A stretch of DNA of 64,000 nt from an uncultured Ignavibacteriales bacterium (GCA_964611355.1 CAZSYD010000004.1:9034-73033), one strand, 5' to 3'; numbered from the stretch's first letter, positions 18,860 to 29,010 are shown. The notes: generated from the sequence alone by a model not told the origin. Made by a program: numbers and translations.

Positions 18860-19585
18860 TTATCTCCGTAATCCCAGCCTTAAGAAAAACAACGGCCGGG
18901 CCAGCCGCCACCAGTCGCGGAACGGTCTCATCTTTGAATACTGCCGGGCCTCTCCCCTATAATATACCGTAATCGGCACTTCCACAACTTTGAATTTCCG
19001 CGACCGGATGGCCTTGTAAAGCAGATACGGCTCCAACTCGTAAGAATCGAGCCATTCCTGATCGAGATTGATATTGTCGTCGTCCGGAATCGACAGGAAA
19101 AAGGCCCGGAAACCGTTGGTGGCATCAGTTATTTTTTGGCCCGTCAGGAGGGTAAAGACCATTGAAAAAAAGCCGGTCATCAATTGCCGAAATACCGGAG
19201 CATTAACTGTCTGTCCTCCTTTCAGATGGCGCGATCCCTGGACAAAATCCGCTTCGCCCTTCCGCAACGGCTCCAGCACCGATGACAACTCCTTCGGCTC
19301 ATGCTGATCGTCTCCCGACATGATAACGGCGATATCGAAACCGTTCTTTCGGCCGTATTTCAGGCCGGTTCGAATAGCGGCGCCCACTCCCTTATTAAAA
19401 TCATGATGAAGAACCTGCGCCCCGGCGGCCAGCGCCTCGTTTCTGGTATTATCGGCGGAGCAATCGTCGACTACAACGATTCGATTTACCTTACCGGTCG
19501 CCGCCACCTTTTCAACCACTCGACCGATCTTGCCTTCTTCATTGAAGGCGGGAAGAATACACAAGACCGTGAGACGATCACTCAT
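18860..19585 (-). CDS. GT2 family glycosyltransferase (polyprenyl-phosphate sugar synthase-like, Dpm1/ArnC/GtrB class)
   Basis: ILPAFNEEGKIGRVVEKV...VVVDDCSADNT...MSGDDQHEP (DXD-type). 241 aa, so a soluble catalytic domain only. Confidence 0.8.
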   Translation of the reverse strand: MSDRLTVLCILPAFNEEGKIGRVVEKVAATGKVNRIVVVDDCSADNTRNEALAAGAQVLHHDFNKGVGAAIRTGLKYGRKNGFDIAVIMSGDDQHEPKELSSVLEPLRKGEADFVQGSRHLKGGQTVNAPVFRQLMTGFFSMVFTLLTGQKITDATNGFRAFFLSIPDDDNINLDQEWLDSYELEPYLLYKAIRSRKFKVVEVPITVYYRGEARQYSKMRPFRDWWRLARPLFFLRLGLRR

Positions 19586-20585
19586 GCCGCTCCGCCTCGG
19601 CCTCGATCTGCTTCAGGGATAGATGTTCGCGGCGTAGGTAATAAAAGCCAACCAGGGTAATAACAAGATACTGGGTAGCATGCATTACTATCGCACAGGA
19701 GATAGCGGCCGAATGGGGCACATCGTAAAAACCGAGCGATAAAACCGCTCCGTAATGATAGACGCCGACGAAACCAGGCGAGGACGGCACCATTATCAGA
19801 ATCGAAACCACGACCAAAAGCACAAACGACGCCGCCACCGGAAGACGGAAACCAAAAGCCAGAAAGATAAAATAGTTCGAAAGCCCCATCACCACCCAGA
19901 TCATAAAGGTATGAAAAACAACCCAGAAAATACGACGTCTGCTTTGCAGAAACTCCAAGCCGGTGGAGAATTTGGCCACCGTGCTTTCCAGATACGGCCG
20001 AATCTTTTCCGGGAAAAGGCCGATAATTTTTCTAAGAACGTGGCTTTCGCGTCGGCTTCGAGTGCTGAGATAAACCGCGACCAGCAGTCCGGCCAGACCC
20101 GTACCGATGGTAACTATGGCCCCGACCTTCAGTTCCTCGACGACTATCAGCGGCGAAACAACCAGCACCACGGCAAAAATCAAAAGAAGCATTAAAAGAT
20201 CAAACACCAGCCGCTCGACGAAAATGGTCGCCAGCGAAGCCGACTTGGAAACCTGTTCTTTGCTTGACAGTGAATAGGCTCGAACGAATTCGCCCAATCG
20301 AAACGGCAGCACGTTGTTGGCCATAAAGCCGATCATCGTGATCGAAAACAGGCGGGAAACAGCAATCTGTTTGATCGGCTCGATCATATGCTTCCAGCGA
20401 TATGCGCGAAATATCATGGTGACCATAATCAGTATAACATTCGGTATCAACCAGAGATAATTGGCTCCTTTCAGCGCGTCGGCCAGTTCCTTAAAGTCAA
20501 CCTTATAGAACAGGTAAACCAGAAACGCCACCGATATCAGGATGCCGGCCAACTGGGTGATAATCTTTTTACTTTTTCGGGTCAT
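19578..20585 (-). CDS. UPF0104 / lysyl-PG-synthase-TM-like 'flippase-like' membrane protein
   Basis: Eight or more TM helices. The N-terminus (KKIITQLAGILISVAFLVYLFYKVDFKEL...RAYRWKHMI...LPFRLGEFVRAY) matches the flippase-like domain family pattern. It has 8-nt and 4-nt overlaps with its neighbours. Confidence 0.7.
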   Translation of the reverse strand: MTRKSKKIITQLAGILISVAFLVYLFYKVDFKELADALKGANYLWLIPNVILIMVTMIFRAYRWKHMIEPIKQIAVSRLFSITMIGFMANNVLPFRLGEFVRAYSLSSKEQVSKSASLATIFVERLVFDLLMLLLIFAVVLVVSPLIVVEELKVGAIVTIGTGLAGLLVAVYLSTRSRRESHVLRKIIGLFPEKIRPYLESTVAKFSTGLEFLQSRRRIFWVVFHTFMIWVVMGLSNYFIFLAFGFRLPVAASFVLLVVVSILIMVPSSPGFVGVYHYGAVLSLGFYDVPHSAAISCAIVMHATQYLVITLVGFYYLRREHLSLKQIEAEAERHE

Positions 20586-21694
20586 TTCCTCTCGGCCGTT
20601 TCAAGGCACAAATCCAAAAACTTGTCCGCCGCCCGATCCCAGTCGAAGCGAGCCGCCCATTCCAAGGCTCCCTTCTCCAGCTTTTCGCGCAGAACGGAAT
20701 CGCTCAAGACGGCAATAATCTTTTCAGCCAGTTGGTCTATGTTGCCAAATTCATACAGCAAACCGCTGAAGTTGTCGCGCACCGAATCACGCAGTCCGGG
20801 CGAGTCTGCGGCCACCACAGCCGTGCCGCAACTGTTGGCCTCGATATTGGTCAGACCCCATCCCTCCCGAAGGGAAGGATAGACCATTACATGTGATCGA
20901 CAGAGGTATTCAACTTTCTTTTCCACGGAAACGAAACCGGGGAAATCAATCATATCGTTGAGATCAAGATTTTGAGCCTGTTTTTTAAGCTCCGGCAGAA
21001 AATCCCCGGCGCCGACGATCGTCAACCGGGCCTCGGGAAGTTTATCTTTGACTATTTCAAAAGCGGAGATCAGATGCTGCACCGACTTGTATTTCTTTAT
21101 CCGCCCCAGGTAAAGAACGGAAGGATACTCGAATTTTCCGTACTCGTCGCCGTTATTATACAACGTCCGATCAATACCGCAATGGATAACCGAAACCTGA
21201 TCTTTGGGAACGCCACGGGAAATTATATCGCCGGCGGTCGATTCCGAGATTACGCAAAATCTTTTGCGGCCATAAATTCCGGCGATGGGCCGTTCAGCAA
21301 GATAGATATAGCTGCCCAATACGAAATTGATCTCCTGAAACACAGCCGTTGAAAACAGGTGGGGAATGATAATAACGGAAGGCAGCCGGACGTATAACGG
21401 CGAATAGAAAGGAATCTTATTTATATCTTCGAGGAACAGGTCAAATCTTTCCCGCCGCAAAATCTTCCTGATATGAAAAGGCGCCACCAGATTGAAATTA
21501 TAGCGGTTGCCGGAGCGAATAATTCGAACCCCCTCGATTGTCTCTTCACGGGCTCCGCCCTTGTAGTTGGAACAAAACAAGGTAACCGAATGTCCCTTGG
21601 CGGCGATGCGGCGCAGCAGCTCTTCGAGGTGCACTTCCGCCCCGCCCGACATCGGGTTTTTCAAATCCTGCCAGTTAAGCGCCAGTATTTTCAA
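20582..21694 (-). CDS. GT4 family (GT-B fold) glycosyltransferase
   Basis: N-terminus MKILALNWQDLKNPMSGGAEVHLEEL. C-terminal EX7E-type region PSLREGWGLTNIEANSCGTAVVAADSPGLRDSV. Confidence 0.8.
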   Translation of the reverse strand: MKILALNWQDLKNPMSGGAEVHLEELLRRIAAKGHSVTLFCSNYKGGAREETIEGVRIIRSGNRYNFNLVAPFHIRKILRRERFDLFLEDINKIPFYSPLYVRLPSVIIIPHLFSTAVFQEINFVLGSYIYLAERPIAGIYGRKRFCVISESTAGDIISRGVPKDQVSVIHCGIDRTLYNNGDEYGKFEYPSVLYLGRIKKYKSVQHLISAFEIVKDKLPEARLTIVGAGDFLPELKKQAQNLDLNDMIDFPGFVSVEKKVEYLCRSHVMVYPSLREGWGLTNIEANSCGTAVVAADSPGLRDSVRDNFSGLLYEFGNIDQLAEKIIAVLSDSVLREKLEKGALEWAARFDWDRAADKFLDLCLETAERK

Positions 21695-21704
21695 CGCGGT
21701 TTTC

Positions 21705-24215
21705 CTAAGAATCTTTCGAAGACGGTTGAAGAGACGCAGGGACTGTCATCCGCTTGGGCAGTTCCTCCATTAACATCCGGGCCCTTTCATCATCGGGATT
21801 GTCCAAAAGCCATCTTTGAGTAAGATCATATAGCTGTTCAATCTCCTTATCTTCAAACAAAAGACGCGAATATTCATCATAGGCTTCTTTATAATGGGGA
21901 AACGAATCAATCGTCATTTTCAATACCTGTTTGGCCTTGTCTCTTTCACCTCTATATCGGCTGACCGACGCCCACACATAATATATTCTGGCTTTTCGTT
22001 CAAGCGGCACCCGATCGACAATCGCCGGAATAAGGGCATCGTTTCCCGTTTCGACATAAAGCTGGGTCAAAAAATCGTACGTGCTATATTCATAAGGCAC
22101 AATCTCAAGTGCTTTCCCGGTCTCAGCAATGGCTTCGTCATATTTGCCGGCCCGGCGAAGAGAATCGGCCATTATTACTATCACCGAGGCGTAGTTGCTG
22201 GTCAGGGCCAGCGAGCGTTCATCCTTGCAAATAGTGCTGTCACCCAGCGAGCGATACCGATAGCCGTTCCAGAAAAGATCGTGGGTTTCTTTCATATCGA
22301 TGGAGGCCGGTCGTTCACCGGGACAAAGCCATTTGATTAAACCTCGTATGATCAGGTTATTTTCCAGACTGCGGCCGCGGTACTGCTGAGACTCATCCGA
22401 TACCGTCAGAGCAAAATTGATCGGCCGCTGCCACCGATTTACGTTCAGGATTTCATCGAAGGCCTGGTTTTGAATAAGGTTTTTACGACCGTCGGGGCTG
22501 ATCCTGTGGCGCAGGGCGTCGATCCGTGCATCTGTCCAGCGAAGCGGTATCCCCTTGTAATCACGCACCTGCTTCAGGTACCAGGGGATGTTGGCAAGCG
22601 ACATATTGACCGTGGTGACGTCGGGCCGAACCGCATACACCTGCTGCAAACACCAGACCGGAAAGGTATCGTTGTCGCCCGCGATAATAAGGATAGCGTT
22701 CGGTTCACACGACATCAACAGGTTGAAGGCGAAATCGTAAGGGATATAGTTCCGCGAGCGATCACAGTAGAAATAGTTGGCTTTGACCGGTATCGCCCCA
22801 AGAAAGACAAGGCATGACATCAATATCATTAACGGCGTTTTCAATGTTTTGAATCCGCCGATTAACGATTCGCGGGCCATCTCCATCAGCCCGGCCACTC
22901 CCAGCCCGATGGCCATGCCAAATAAAATAAACCCCGGCGTAAAAAAATAATCGCGGTCGCGAACTTCAATGTGGCCTTCACCGGTAAGCGGATGCTGACG
23001 GGTTCCATCAGCAAAATTCATATACCATACCAGGAAAAGCGTTCCCAGAAGGATCATCAGGAAAAACGGCCAGCCCAGCTTTGGCCTGCGCCGGGCCAAT
23101 TCAAAAAGACCCAAAAGACCAAGAACGAATAAAAGAGCGAACCACCGGTAATTAATTCCGTACTGTTTGTAAAAAAACCCCCAGAAACCCATTCTCTCGT
23201 GCGTGCCTAATTGGCTTTTCCATTCCGCTCGCCTGGTCAGGGCTCGGATTATCATCGATTTTTCGCCATATTGTTTGCGTTCAAGAAACCTCTTGAAGAC
23301 AGCATATGAAGATGAAGGGTTATTCTGATTTATAGCCGGCTTCCGGCTGGAGCGGATCGGCGTGTAGAGCTGACATGAAAGCCCGATAATTCCTGCCAAA
23401 AGCAAAACCAGCGAAAACTTCCACAGGTAATGCCGCGTTATTATCGTGGCGACTAACAGAAAAAGCAACCAGAGCGACGTGGCCACCAGGAAATAATCAA
23501 TACTATATGAAATCAGGAACAGGCAAAAGCCGGTAACATAAAAACGAAAATCCTTTCTGAATCTCTCCGAGAAAAATATTACAATCAGGAAAAAAGCCGG
23601 CATAAAAAGAAACGTCGTCATATGGATACCGACTGACAGAAACGCCAAGTAAGTAATAACTATCAAATACTTATCCGAACCCTGTCTCGCGCGGTTATCC
23701 ACCCACCTCAGCGTCAGGTAAAAGATAATCATTAAAAGCAACATGGCAGGCGTATAAACTTCGGCCTCCATGGTGTTATTCCAATGGGTACGGCCGAATG
23801 CGAACATCATTGACCCCACCACGGCGCCGATATAGGCGGCCGCCTTCTTCCAGCCGGTAAAATCCGCTTCGCTCCACCAGGCACGGATCAATCTGAAGGT
23901 AATCAAGAAAGCCAGCATGGCGGCAAAAGCGCCGGTGACGACCGATAGCATATTTATCCTGGCGGAAATATCAACATGGAACGGAATGAACGCAAATATC
24001 CGACCGATGAGTATATAAAGCGGCGAGCCGGGCGGATGAGGAATGCCAAGGATATGGGAACAGGCGATAAATTCGCCGCAGTCCCAGAATGACAGGGTCG
24101 GCGCCTTGGTGGCATTATAGACCAGGAAGGTAAAGATTAAAATCAACCCGGCCAGACCGTTTTTCAACTTATCAGGCCCGGTGACAATGTTCATTAATCG
24201 GTTTTCCAAAGTCAT
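21705..24215 (-). CDS. DUF2723 (TMEM260-like) GT-C membrane glycosyltransferase fused to C-terminal TPR domain
   Basis: 836 aa. The signature FWDCGEFIACSHILGIPHPPGSPLYILIGRIF matches the DUF2723/TMEM260 N-terminal motif. About 12 TM helices, a luminal domain, then TPR-like repeats (AGKYDEAIAETGKALEIVP..., RGERDKAKQVLKMTIDSFPHYKEAYDEYSRLL). Confidence 0.65.
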   Translation of the reverse strand: MTLENRLMNIVTGPDKLKNGLAGLILIFTFLVYNATKAPTLSFWDCGEFIACSHILGIPHPPGSPLYILIGRIFAFIPFHVDISARINMLSVVTGAFAAMLAFLITFRLIRAWWSEADFTGWKKAAAYIGAVVGSMMFAFGRTHWNNTMEAEVYTPAMLLLMIIFYLTLRWVDNRARQGSDKYLIVITYLAFLSVGIHMTTFLFMPAFFLIVIFFSERFRKDFRFYVTGFCLFLISYSIDYFLVATSLWLLFLLVATIITRHYLWKFSLVLLLAGIIGLSCQLYTPIRSSRKPAINQNNPSSSYAVFKRFLERKQYGEKSMIIRALTRRAEWKSQLGTHERMGFWGFFYKQYGINYRWFALLFVLGLLGLFELARRRPKLGWPFFLMILLGTLFLVWYMNFADGTRQHPLTGEGHIEVRDRDYFFTPGFILFGMAIGLGVAGLMEMARESLIGGFKTLKTPLMILMSCLVFLGAIPVKANYFYCDRSRNYIPYDFAFNLLMSCEPNAILIIAGDNDTFPVWCLQQVYAVRPDVTTVNMSLANIPWYLKQVRDYKGIPLRWTDARIDALRHRISPDGRKNLIQNQAFDEILNVNRWQRPINFALTVSDESQQYRGRSLENNLIIRGLIKWLCPGERPASIDMKETHDLFWNGYRYRSLGDSTICKDERSLALTSNYASVIVIMADSLRRAGKYDEAIAETGKALEIVPYEYSTYDFLTQLYVETGNDALIPAIVDRVPLERKARIYYVWASVSRYRGERDKAKQVLKMTIDSFPHYKEAYDEYSRLLFEDKEIEQLYDLTQRWLLDNPDDERARMLMEELPKRMTVPASLQPSSKDS

Positions 24216-24292
24216 TCCAGAGTTGGTTCTTAGCTTATCTCCTTTTACAAAGAAAAATTAAATATATCAAAAACCCGGTTCATGTCCAGCCA

Positions 24293-24323
24293 TAAAAAAG
24301 CGGGTATCCCGACGAATACCCGC
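24293..24323 (-). terminator. Rho-independent terminator after nusB
   Basis: Minus strand: gcgggtat-tcgtcggg-atacccgc followed by TTTTTT. Confidence 0.7.
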
Positions 24324-24353
24324 ATAATACGTTATTGAGGAAAATCCAGGTTG

Positions 24354-24770
24354 CTATTTGGATGATGATTCCGACCCGGAAATAGCGGCGTCGAGAATGC
24401 CATTGACAAAAGAGCTCGATTCGGCAGTGCTATATTTTTTGGCCAGGTCTATCGCTTCGTTGATAGCCACCTTCTCCGGTATGTCCGGCATAAAATTGAT
24501 TTCCGCCAGCGCCATGCGCAAAATGATGCGGTCAATCAAAGCAATCCGTTCCAGTTCCCAGTTTTCCGCCAACCGGGCAATCTCCTCATCCAGAAAGGCC
24601 AGGTTCTTGATGATTGTCTCCAGCAGATGACGGGCGAAATGGAGATACTTTTCCTCTAATGAGTTTCCCCGGGCCAGCTCGTCAAAGAGCTCACCTATGT
24701 CTCGTTCATGGATTCGGTAGGCATAGAGCCCCTTGAGTACAAGTTCACGCGCCTTTCTGCGGGCTGTCAT
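24354..24770 (-). CDS. nusB: Transcription antitermination factor NusB
   Basis: [18 protein letters not shown]...FVNGILD pattern. The ATG at 24770 forms an ATGA overlap with the ribH stop. The track's longer N-terminus overlaps ribH. Confidence 0.9.
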   Translation of the reverse strand: MTARRKARELVLKGLYAYRIHERDIGELFDELARGNSLEEKYLHFARHLLETIIKNLAFLDEEIARLAENWELERIALIDRIILRMALAEINFMPDIPEKVAINEAIDLAKKYSTAESSSFVNGILDAAISGSESSSK

Positions 24771-25243
24771 AGATTGCCAATCCGGCGATACAAATCGATC
24801 ATTTCGATGGCCGAAAGAGCGGCGTTCCACCCCTTGTTGCCAGCCTTTGTGCCGGCCCGTTCTATAGCTTGATCCAGCGAATCGGCCGTGATCAGGCCGT
24901 AAACCACCGGCAATCTCGTATCCAGCGATATTTTGGCGATTCCCTTGGTTGTCTCGGCGGCAATATAATTAAAATGCGGCGTATCGCCCCTGATGAGGGC
25001 GCCCAGACAGATTATTGCGTCATATTTTTTCGTCAGCGCCAGTTCCTGGGCAACGTACGGTATCTCGAATGATCCCGGCACCCAGCTAACGATAATATCA
25101 GCTTCGGCGACCCCGTGGCGCGTCAAACAATCTATGGCGCCATCCAGCAGTTTCGAGGTTAACAACTCGTTAAAACGGCTGACGACGATGGCATGTTTTT
25201 GCCCCTGTCCGTTCAGATTTCCGCTATTGACGGCAATCGGCAT
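24767..25243 (-). CDS. ribH: 6,7-dimethyl-8-ribityllumazine synthase
   Basis: [19 protein letters not shown]...VPGSFEIP...[16 protein letters not shown]...[18 protein letters not shown]. Confidence 0.93.
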   Translation of the reverse strand: MPIAVNSGNLNGQGQKHAIVVSRFNELLTSKLLDGAIDCLTRHGVAEADIIVSWVPGSFEIPYVAQELALTKKYDAIICLGALIRGDTPHFNYIAAETTKGIAKISLDTRLPVVYGLITADSLDQAIERAGTKAGNKGWNAALSAIEMIDLYRRIGNL

Positions 25244-25256
25244 TCTATTACCTCCT

Positions 25257-26462
25257 CTAAAGCATGGACAAAAGGTGGCCCAGCTTATCCCGTTTAGTTT
25301 CCAAATAACGCTTGTTATATTTACCGGGTTCGACCTGGGTCGGCACCCGATCGGTAATCTTCAAACCATGACCCGCCAGTCCGATCACTTTACGCGGGTT
25401 ATTCGTAATGATCCGGATGGTGGTCAGGCCAAGATCTCTCAGAATCTGAGCGCCAATGCCATAATCTCTCAGGTCTGCCTTAAACCCCAACTCCTCATTG
25501 GCCTCCACCGTATCGCGACCTTTATCCTGCAGGACATAAGCCTTCAATTTATTGGCCAGGCCAATGCCGCGCCCTTCCTGGCGCATATAAAGCAGCACTC
25601 CGACGCCTTCTTTTTCGATCATCTCCATGGCGTGCGCCAGTTGAGCACCGCAGTCGCACCGGGCCGAACCAAAGACGTCGCCGGTCAGGCATTGCGAGTG
25701 GACTCGTACCAGAACATCATTCCTGCCGGCAACCTCGCCTTTAACGAGCGCCAGGTGATGATGATCGTCAATATCGCTCTTGTAAAGGTAAAGTCTGAAT
25801 TCTCCCCATTTCGTGGGAAGACCGGTCTCCAGTACCCGTTCCACCAGTTTTTCATGACCCCGTCGGTATTCTATCAGGTCCTTAACGGTGATAATTTTCA
25901 GCCCGAACTCCCCGGCCAACTCAGTCAGGCGCGGCACACGGGCCATTTCCCCGTCATCGTCCATTATTTCGCAAAGCACTCCGGCGGGACGCAACCCGGC
26001 CAATCGGGCCAGATCGACAGCCGCCTCGGTATGACCGGCGCGGGCGAGCACGCCTCCGTCCAGCGCCTGTAGGGGAAAGATATGTCCCGGGCGGCCAAGG
26101 TCGCTCGGACTGGTATCCTTGTCGATCAATTTCCTGATGGTCACCGATCGGTCATAGGCGGATATTCCCGTGGTCGTCCCTTCGATAGCGTCAACCGAAA
26201 CGGTAAATCTCGTTCCGTGCAGGGCGGTATTGCGACGCACCATAGCTTCAATTTCCAACTCCTCCAGGCGATCCGGTGTCAGCGGCACGCAAATCAGCCC
26301 GCGGCCGTGTTTGGAGAGGAAATTGACCCTTTCCGGGGTAACCTTTTCGGCCGCCATGATAAGATCGCCTTCGTTTTCACGATCCTCGTCATCAACGACG
26401 ATCACAATTTCCCCTGCTTTTATGTCCGCAACAGCATCTTCAATCCGGTTGAATCCGTCCAT
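25257..26462 (-). CDS. ribBA: Bifunctional 3,4-dihydroxy-2-butanone-4-phosphate synthase / GTP cyclohydrolase II
   Basis: [16 protein letters not shown] and [13 protein letters not shown] (DHBP synthase). [21 protein letters not shown] (GCH II). GAAAGAGG SD upstream of the ATG at 26462. Confidence 0.93.
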   Translation of the reverse strand: MDGFNRIEDAVADIKAGEIVIVVDDEDRENEGDLIMAAEKVTPERVNFLSKHGRGLICVPLTPDRLEELEIEAMVRRNTALHGTRFTVSVDAIEGTTTGISAYDRSVTIRKLIDKDTSPSDLGRPGHIFPLQALDGGVLARAGHTEAAVDLARLAGLRPAGVLCEIMDDDGEMARVPRLTELAGEFGLKIITVKDLIEYRRGHEKLVERVLETGLPTKWGEFRLYLYKSDIDDHHHLALVKGEVAGRNDVLVRVHSQCLTGDVFGSARCDCGAQLAHAMEMIEKEGVGVLLYMRQEGRGIGLANKLKAYVLQDKGRDTVEANEELGFKADLRDYGIGAQILRDLGLTTIRIITNNPRKVIGLAGHGLKITDRVPTQVEPGKYNKRYLETKRDKLGHLLSML

Positions 26463-26476
26463 ATAAAACCTCTTTC

Positions 26477-27115
26477 TCAATATCCCATTTCACGCATGGA
26501 GGTGAGCGTAAGTTGCGTCCCCTTTTTTTTTATTTCAAGGAAACGCAGAATATATTTTCCAATTAAATCAAATTCGACATTCAGATAACCACCGGTCTTC
26601 AGATCAGCCAGCGTCGTCCGGCTCCGGGTCTCAGGAATCAGGTTAACCGTGAAACTGCCACGGCCGACATCCATAACCGTCAGGCTGACGCCGTCAAGAG
26701 CCACCGAGCCTTTATCGATAACATAGCCGGCGTATTCCCTCGGAAGGTCAACCTCGATCTGCCGGCTCTGCCCAACTTTTTGCGTTTTTCTTATTCTCAG
26801 GAAACAGTCAATATGACCGTTAACAAAATGGCCACCCAGGCGGGCGTCGGCCCGAAGCGCCCGTTCCAGATTAACGCGATCGCCCCGACGCAGATTTTTA
26901 AGCGTCGTCAGACGAATCGTTTCCTGCGACGCTTCAACGGTAAATGATTTGTCATCAAGATTAACAATGGTCAGGCAGGGGCCGGAAACCGCTATCGATT
27001 CTCCTTTTTCAAGCTTTTCGAACATTTGGTCGGGGACGATGGTCAGCTCAAGATAATTACCCCTTAAAGTAACCTTTTCTATCGTTCCGATATTTTCAAT
27101 CAAGCCGGTAAACAT
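26477..27115 (-). CDS. ribE: Riboflavin synthase alpha chain
   Basis: [12 protein letters not shown]...GDRVNLE...VNGHID, a duplicated lumazine-binding fold. Confidence 0.92.
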   Translation of the reverse strand: MFTGLIENIGTIEKVTLRGNYLELTIVPDQMFEKLEKGESIAVSGPCLTIVNLDDKSFTVEASQETIRLTTLKNLRRGDRVNLERALRADARLGGHFVNGHIDCFLRIRKTQKVGQSRQIEVDLPREYAGYVIDKGSVALDGVSLTVMDVGRGSFTVNLIPETRSRTTLADLKTGGYLNVEFDLIGKYILRFLEIKKKGTQLTLTSMREMGY

Positions 27116-27117
27116 AA

Positions 27118-28203
27118 TTACCTTTTAGGATACCCCCAAAAAAGAATGTCTGTTCCGAGCTTTTCAAAACCACAGTCGTCAAACCGTACGGCTTTGGCGG
27201 CCCGGGTAATCCCCAAATCAGCAATAGTCTCAATCCCGCGGCCGATGATTGTCGGGGCGATAATTAAATATAATTTATCCACCAGGTTCTGCCTTATAAG
27301 AGACGTAGCCAGACGCTGTCCGCCTTCGAAAAGAATGGAAGTTACCCCGCGTTTGCCCGCCTGATCAAGAAGGTCATGAAGGTCAAGACCGCTTTTCCTT
27401 TTTCGAACCGGCCATGTAATTACCGTGCTGTATACCTTTCGCGATATGACATCTCGGCTGGTGGCAACGATTGTTTTGTTGTCATGATTCTTGACGAAAA
27501 GGTTCAGTTTACCTGGAAGATCATCGGATGAGGTTATGATTATACGCAGAGGATTGTAACCTTTGACATGGCGAACGGTAAGCTTCGGGTTATCGGCTTT
27601 TGCCGTTCCCGCTCCAACCGCTATGGCGTCGTAGCGGGCGCGCAATTTATGGACAAAGGACAGCGCTTCAGGACACGATATCCGTTGGGAAACGCCGGTA
27701 CCAATCGTAATTCGGGCATTAAGCGACTGCGCCATTTTCAGCACGACAAAAGGCCGACCGGTAACGATATATCTGAGATATACCTCGTTCAGTCGAGCGG
27801 CTTCTTTCTCGCATACCCCAGGAATAATCCTGATACCGTTGTCCGACAGTTGCCGGCATCCGCGCCCATTAATACCCTTATGCGGGTCTTTAATGGAACA
27901 AATTACTTCGTTTATGCCGGCTTTAATAATTGCTTTGGTGCAGGGAGGGGTCCGACCGAAGTGACAGCACGGTTCAAGATTAACGGCCAGAGAAGCTCCC
28001 CGGGCCCGATCACCGGCTTTGCGCAGAGCGACAATTTCGGCGTGAGGCTCTCCCGCCCGCTTATGGTAACCGGCGGCAATTACCCCATCCCGGTTGAAAA
28101 TCACGGCTCCTACCATCGGATTGGGGGAAGTATACCCTTCTCCCTTCCGAGCCAGCCGCAGAGCCTTTTTCATCATTGCTTCAAAGAGTTTATCGTCGGC
28201 CAT
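27118..28203 (-). CDS. ribD: Bifunctional riboflavin biosynthesis deaminase/reductase
   Basis: PNPMVGAVIF...HAEIVAL...LEPCCHFGRTPPC (CMP/dCMP-type deaminase zinc site) plus a C-terminal RibD reductase domain. Confidence 0.93.
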   Translation of the reverse strand: MADDKLFEAMMKKALRLARKGEGYTSPNPMVGAVIFNRDGVIAAGYHKRAGEPHAEIVALRKAGDRARGASLAVNLEPCCHFGRTPPCTKAIIKAGINEVICSIKDPHKGINGRGCRQLSDNGIRIIPGVCEKEAARLNEVYLRYIVTGRPFVVLKMAQSLNARITIGTGVSQRISCPEALSFVHKLRARYDAIAVGAGTAKADNPKLTVRHVKGYNPLRIIITSSDDLPGKLNLFVKNHDNKTIVATSRDVISRKVYSTVITWPVRKRKSGLDLHDLLDQAGKRGVTSILFEGGQRLATSLIRQNLVDKLYLIIAPTIIGRGIETIADLGITRAAKAVRFDDCGFEKLGTDILFWGYPKR

Positions 28204-28392
28204 AAAAAAATCCCCGTATATCCCGGGGATAGCGAATCTGCGTGCGGGCTAAATACCGCTTGGCCTATTCATCTTCTCCCATCCGGACTATTACCGTCGG
28301 CGCCGGAATTTCACCGGTTCAGCAGAGTTTGTTCTCCGCTCGCGGGCTGTGACCGCCGGTTGAGGAATTTCGCCTCACCCCAAAGATATATC
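28204..28392 (-). promoter_or_regulatory. FMN riboswitch (RFN element), with aptamer ~28268-28392 and terminator/SD-sequestering hairpin 28204-28230
   Basis: Minus strand reads ATCTTTGGGGTGAGGCGAAATTCCTCAACCGGCGGTCACAGCCCGCGAGCGGAGAAC...GAACCGGTGAAATTCCGGCGCCGACGGTAATAGTCCGGATGGGAGAAGAT, which covers the conserved RFN core. It is followed by ATCCCCG-ggatata-CGGGGAT + T7, abutting the ribD ATG. Confidence 0.92.
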
Positions 28393-28434
28393 TGATCGGA
28401 ATATACAAGCCCGCCCGAAAATGTCAACAGGAAA

Positions 28435-28845
28435 TCAGCTTTTATCAGCGTGGCTTTTAGCAGACGGACGTAACCTGACGTTATTGATAGCTTTTATTAT
28501 CTGATCGAAACGAAAAGGTTTCCAGATGGCTGCATCGACGCCGCATTCGGAAGTTTTGTTTTCCCTCTCCTGACCCTGCCAGCTCGAAATGGTGATGATA
28601 TATATATCAGGTTGATGCCTTCGCGCCGCCCGGGACAGGTCCCATCCCGTCATTCCCGGCAGGCCCAGGTCGGTAATCATAACATCAAATCTTTTTGATT
28701 GCAGAAGCTTGAGAGCGGCTTCGCCGTTCCCTGCCGAAACAACATCGTTCTCTTTCATAATGAGGAGATCCTGCAGGATTTTCCGGACACTTTTGTCGTC
28801 CTCAACAATCAGGACGTTTAGCCGATTTTCTTGTTTTTCCGTCAT
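28435..28845 (-). CDS. Single-domain response regulator (CheY-like receiver)
   Basis: VLIVEDD...FDVMITDLGLPGMTG...ITISS...IWKPF. All phospho-acceptor pocket residues appear present and there is no output domain. Confidence 0.88.
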   Translation of the reverse strand: MTEKQENRLNVLIVEDDKSVRKILQDLLIMKENDVVSAGNGEAALKLLQSKRFDVMITDLGLPGMTGWDLSRAARRHQPDIYIITISSWQGQERENKTSECGVDAAIWKPFRFDQIIKAINNVRLRPSAKSHADKS

Positions 28846-29010
28846 TAGACAAGACCCTGTAGGGGAAAACCATATCTATCGCGGCGGTTATTGACCGCAA
28901 TCAACCGATGAATAAGGGTGGCTTCCCGCTTTTGTCCAGTTTCCAATCTGCATCGACATCTTTGAATCGGTTTTTTATAATCGCCGTTGCAGAAAAACCT
29001 CGCCGGTCTG

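Noticed and set aside
24993-26072. 359-aa plus-strand ORF spanning ribH/ribBA.
   Set aside because: It is antisense to two genes with unmistakable riboflavin-synthesis motifs and crosses their intergenic boundary. I recognise no domain in it. It is a shadow ORF.
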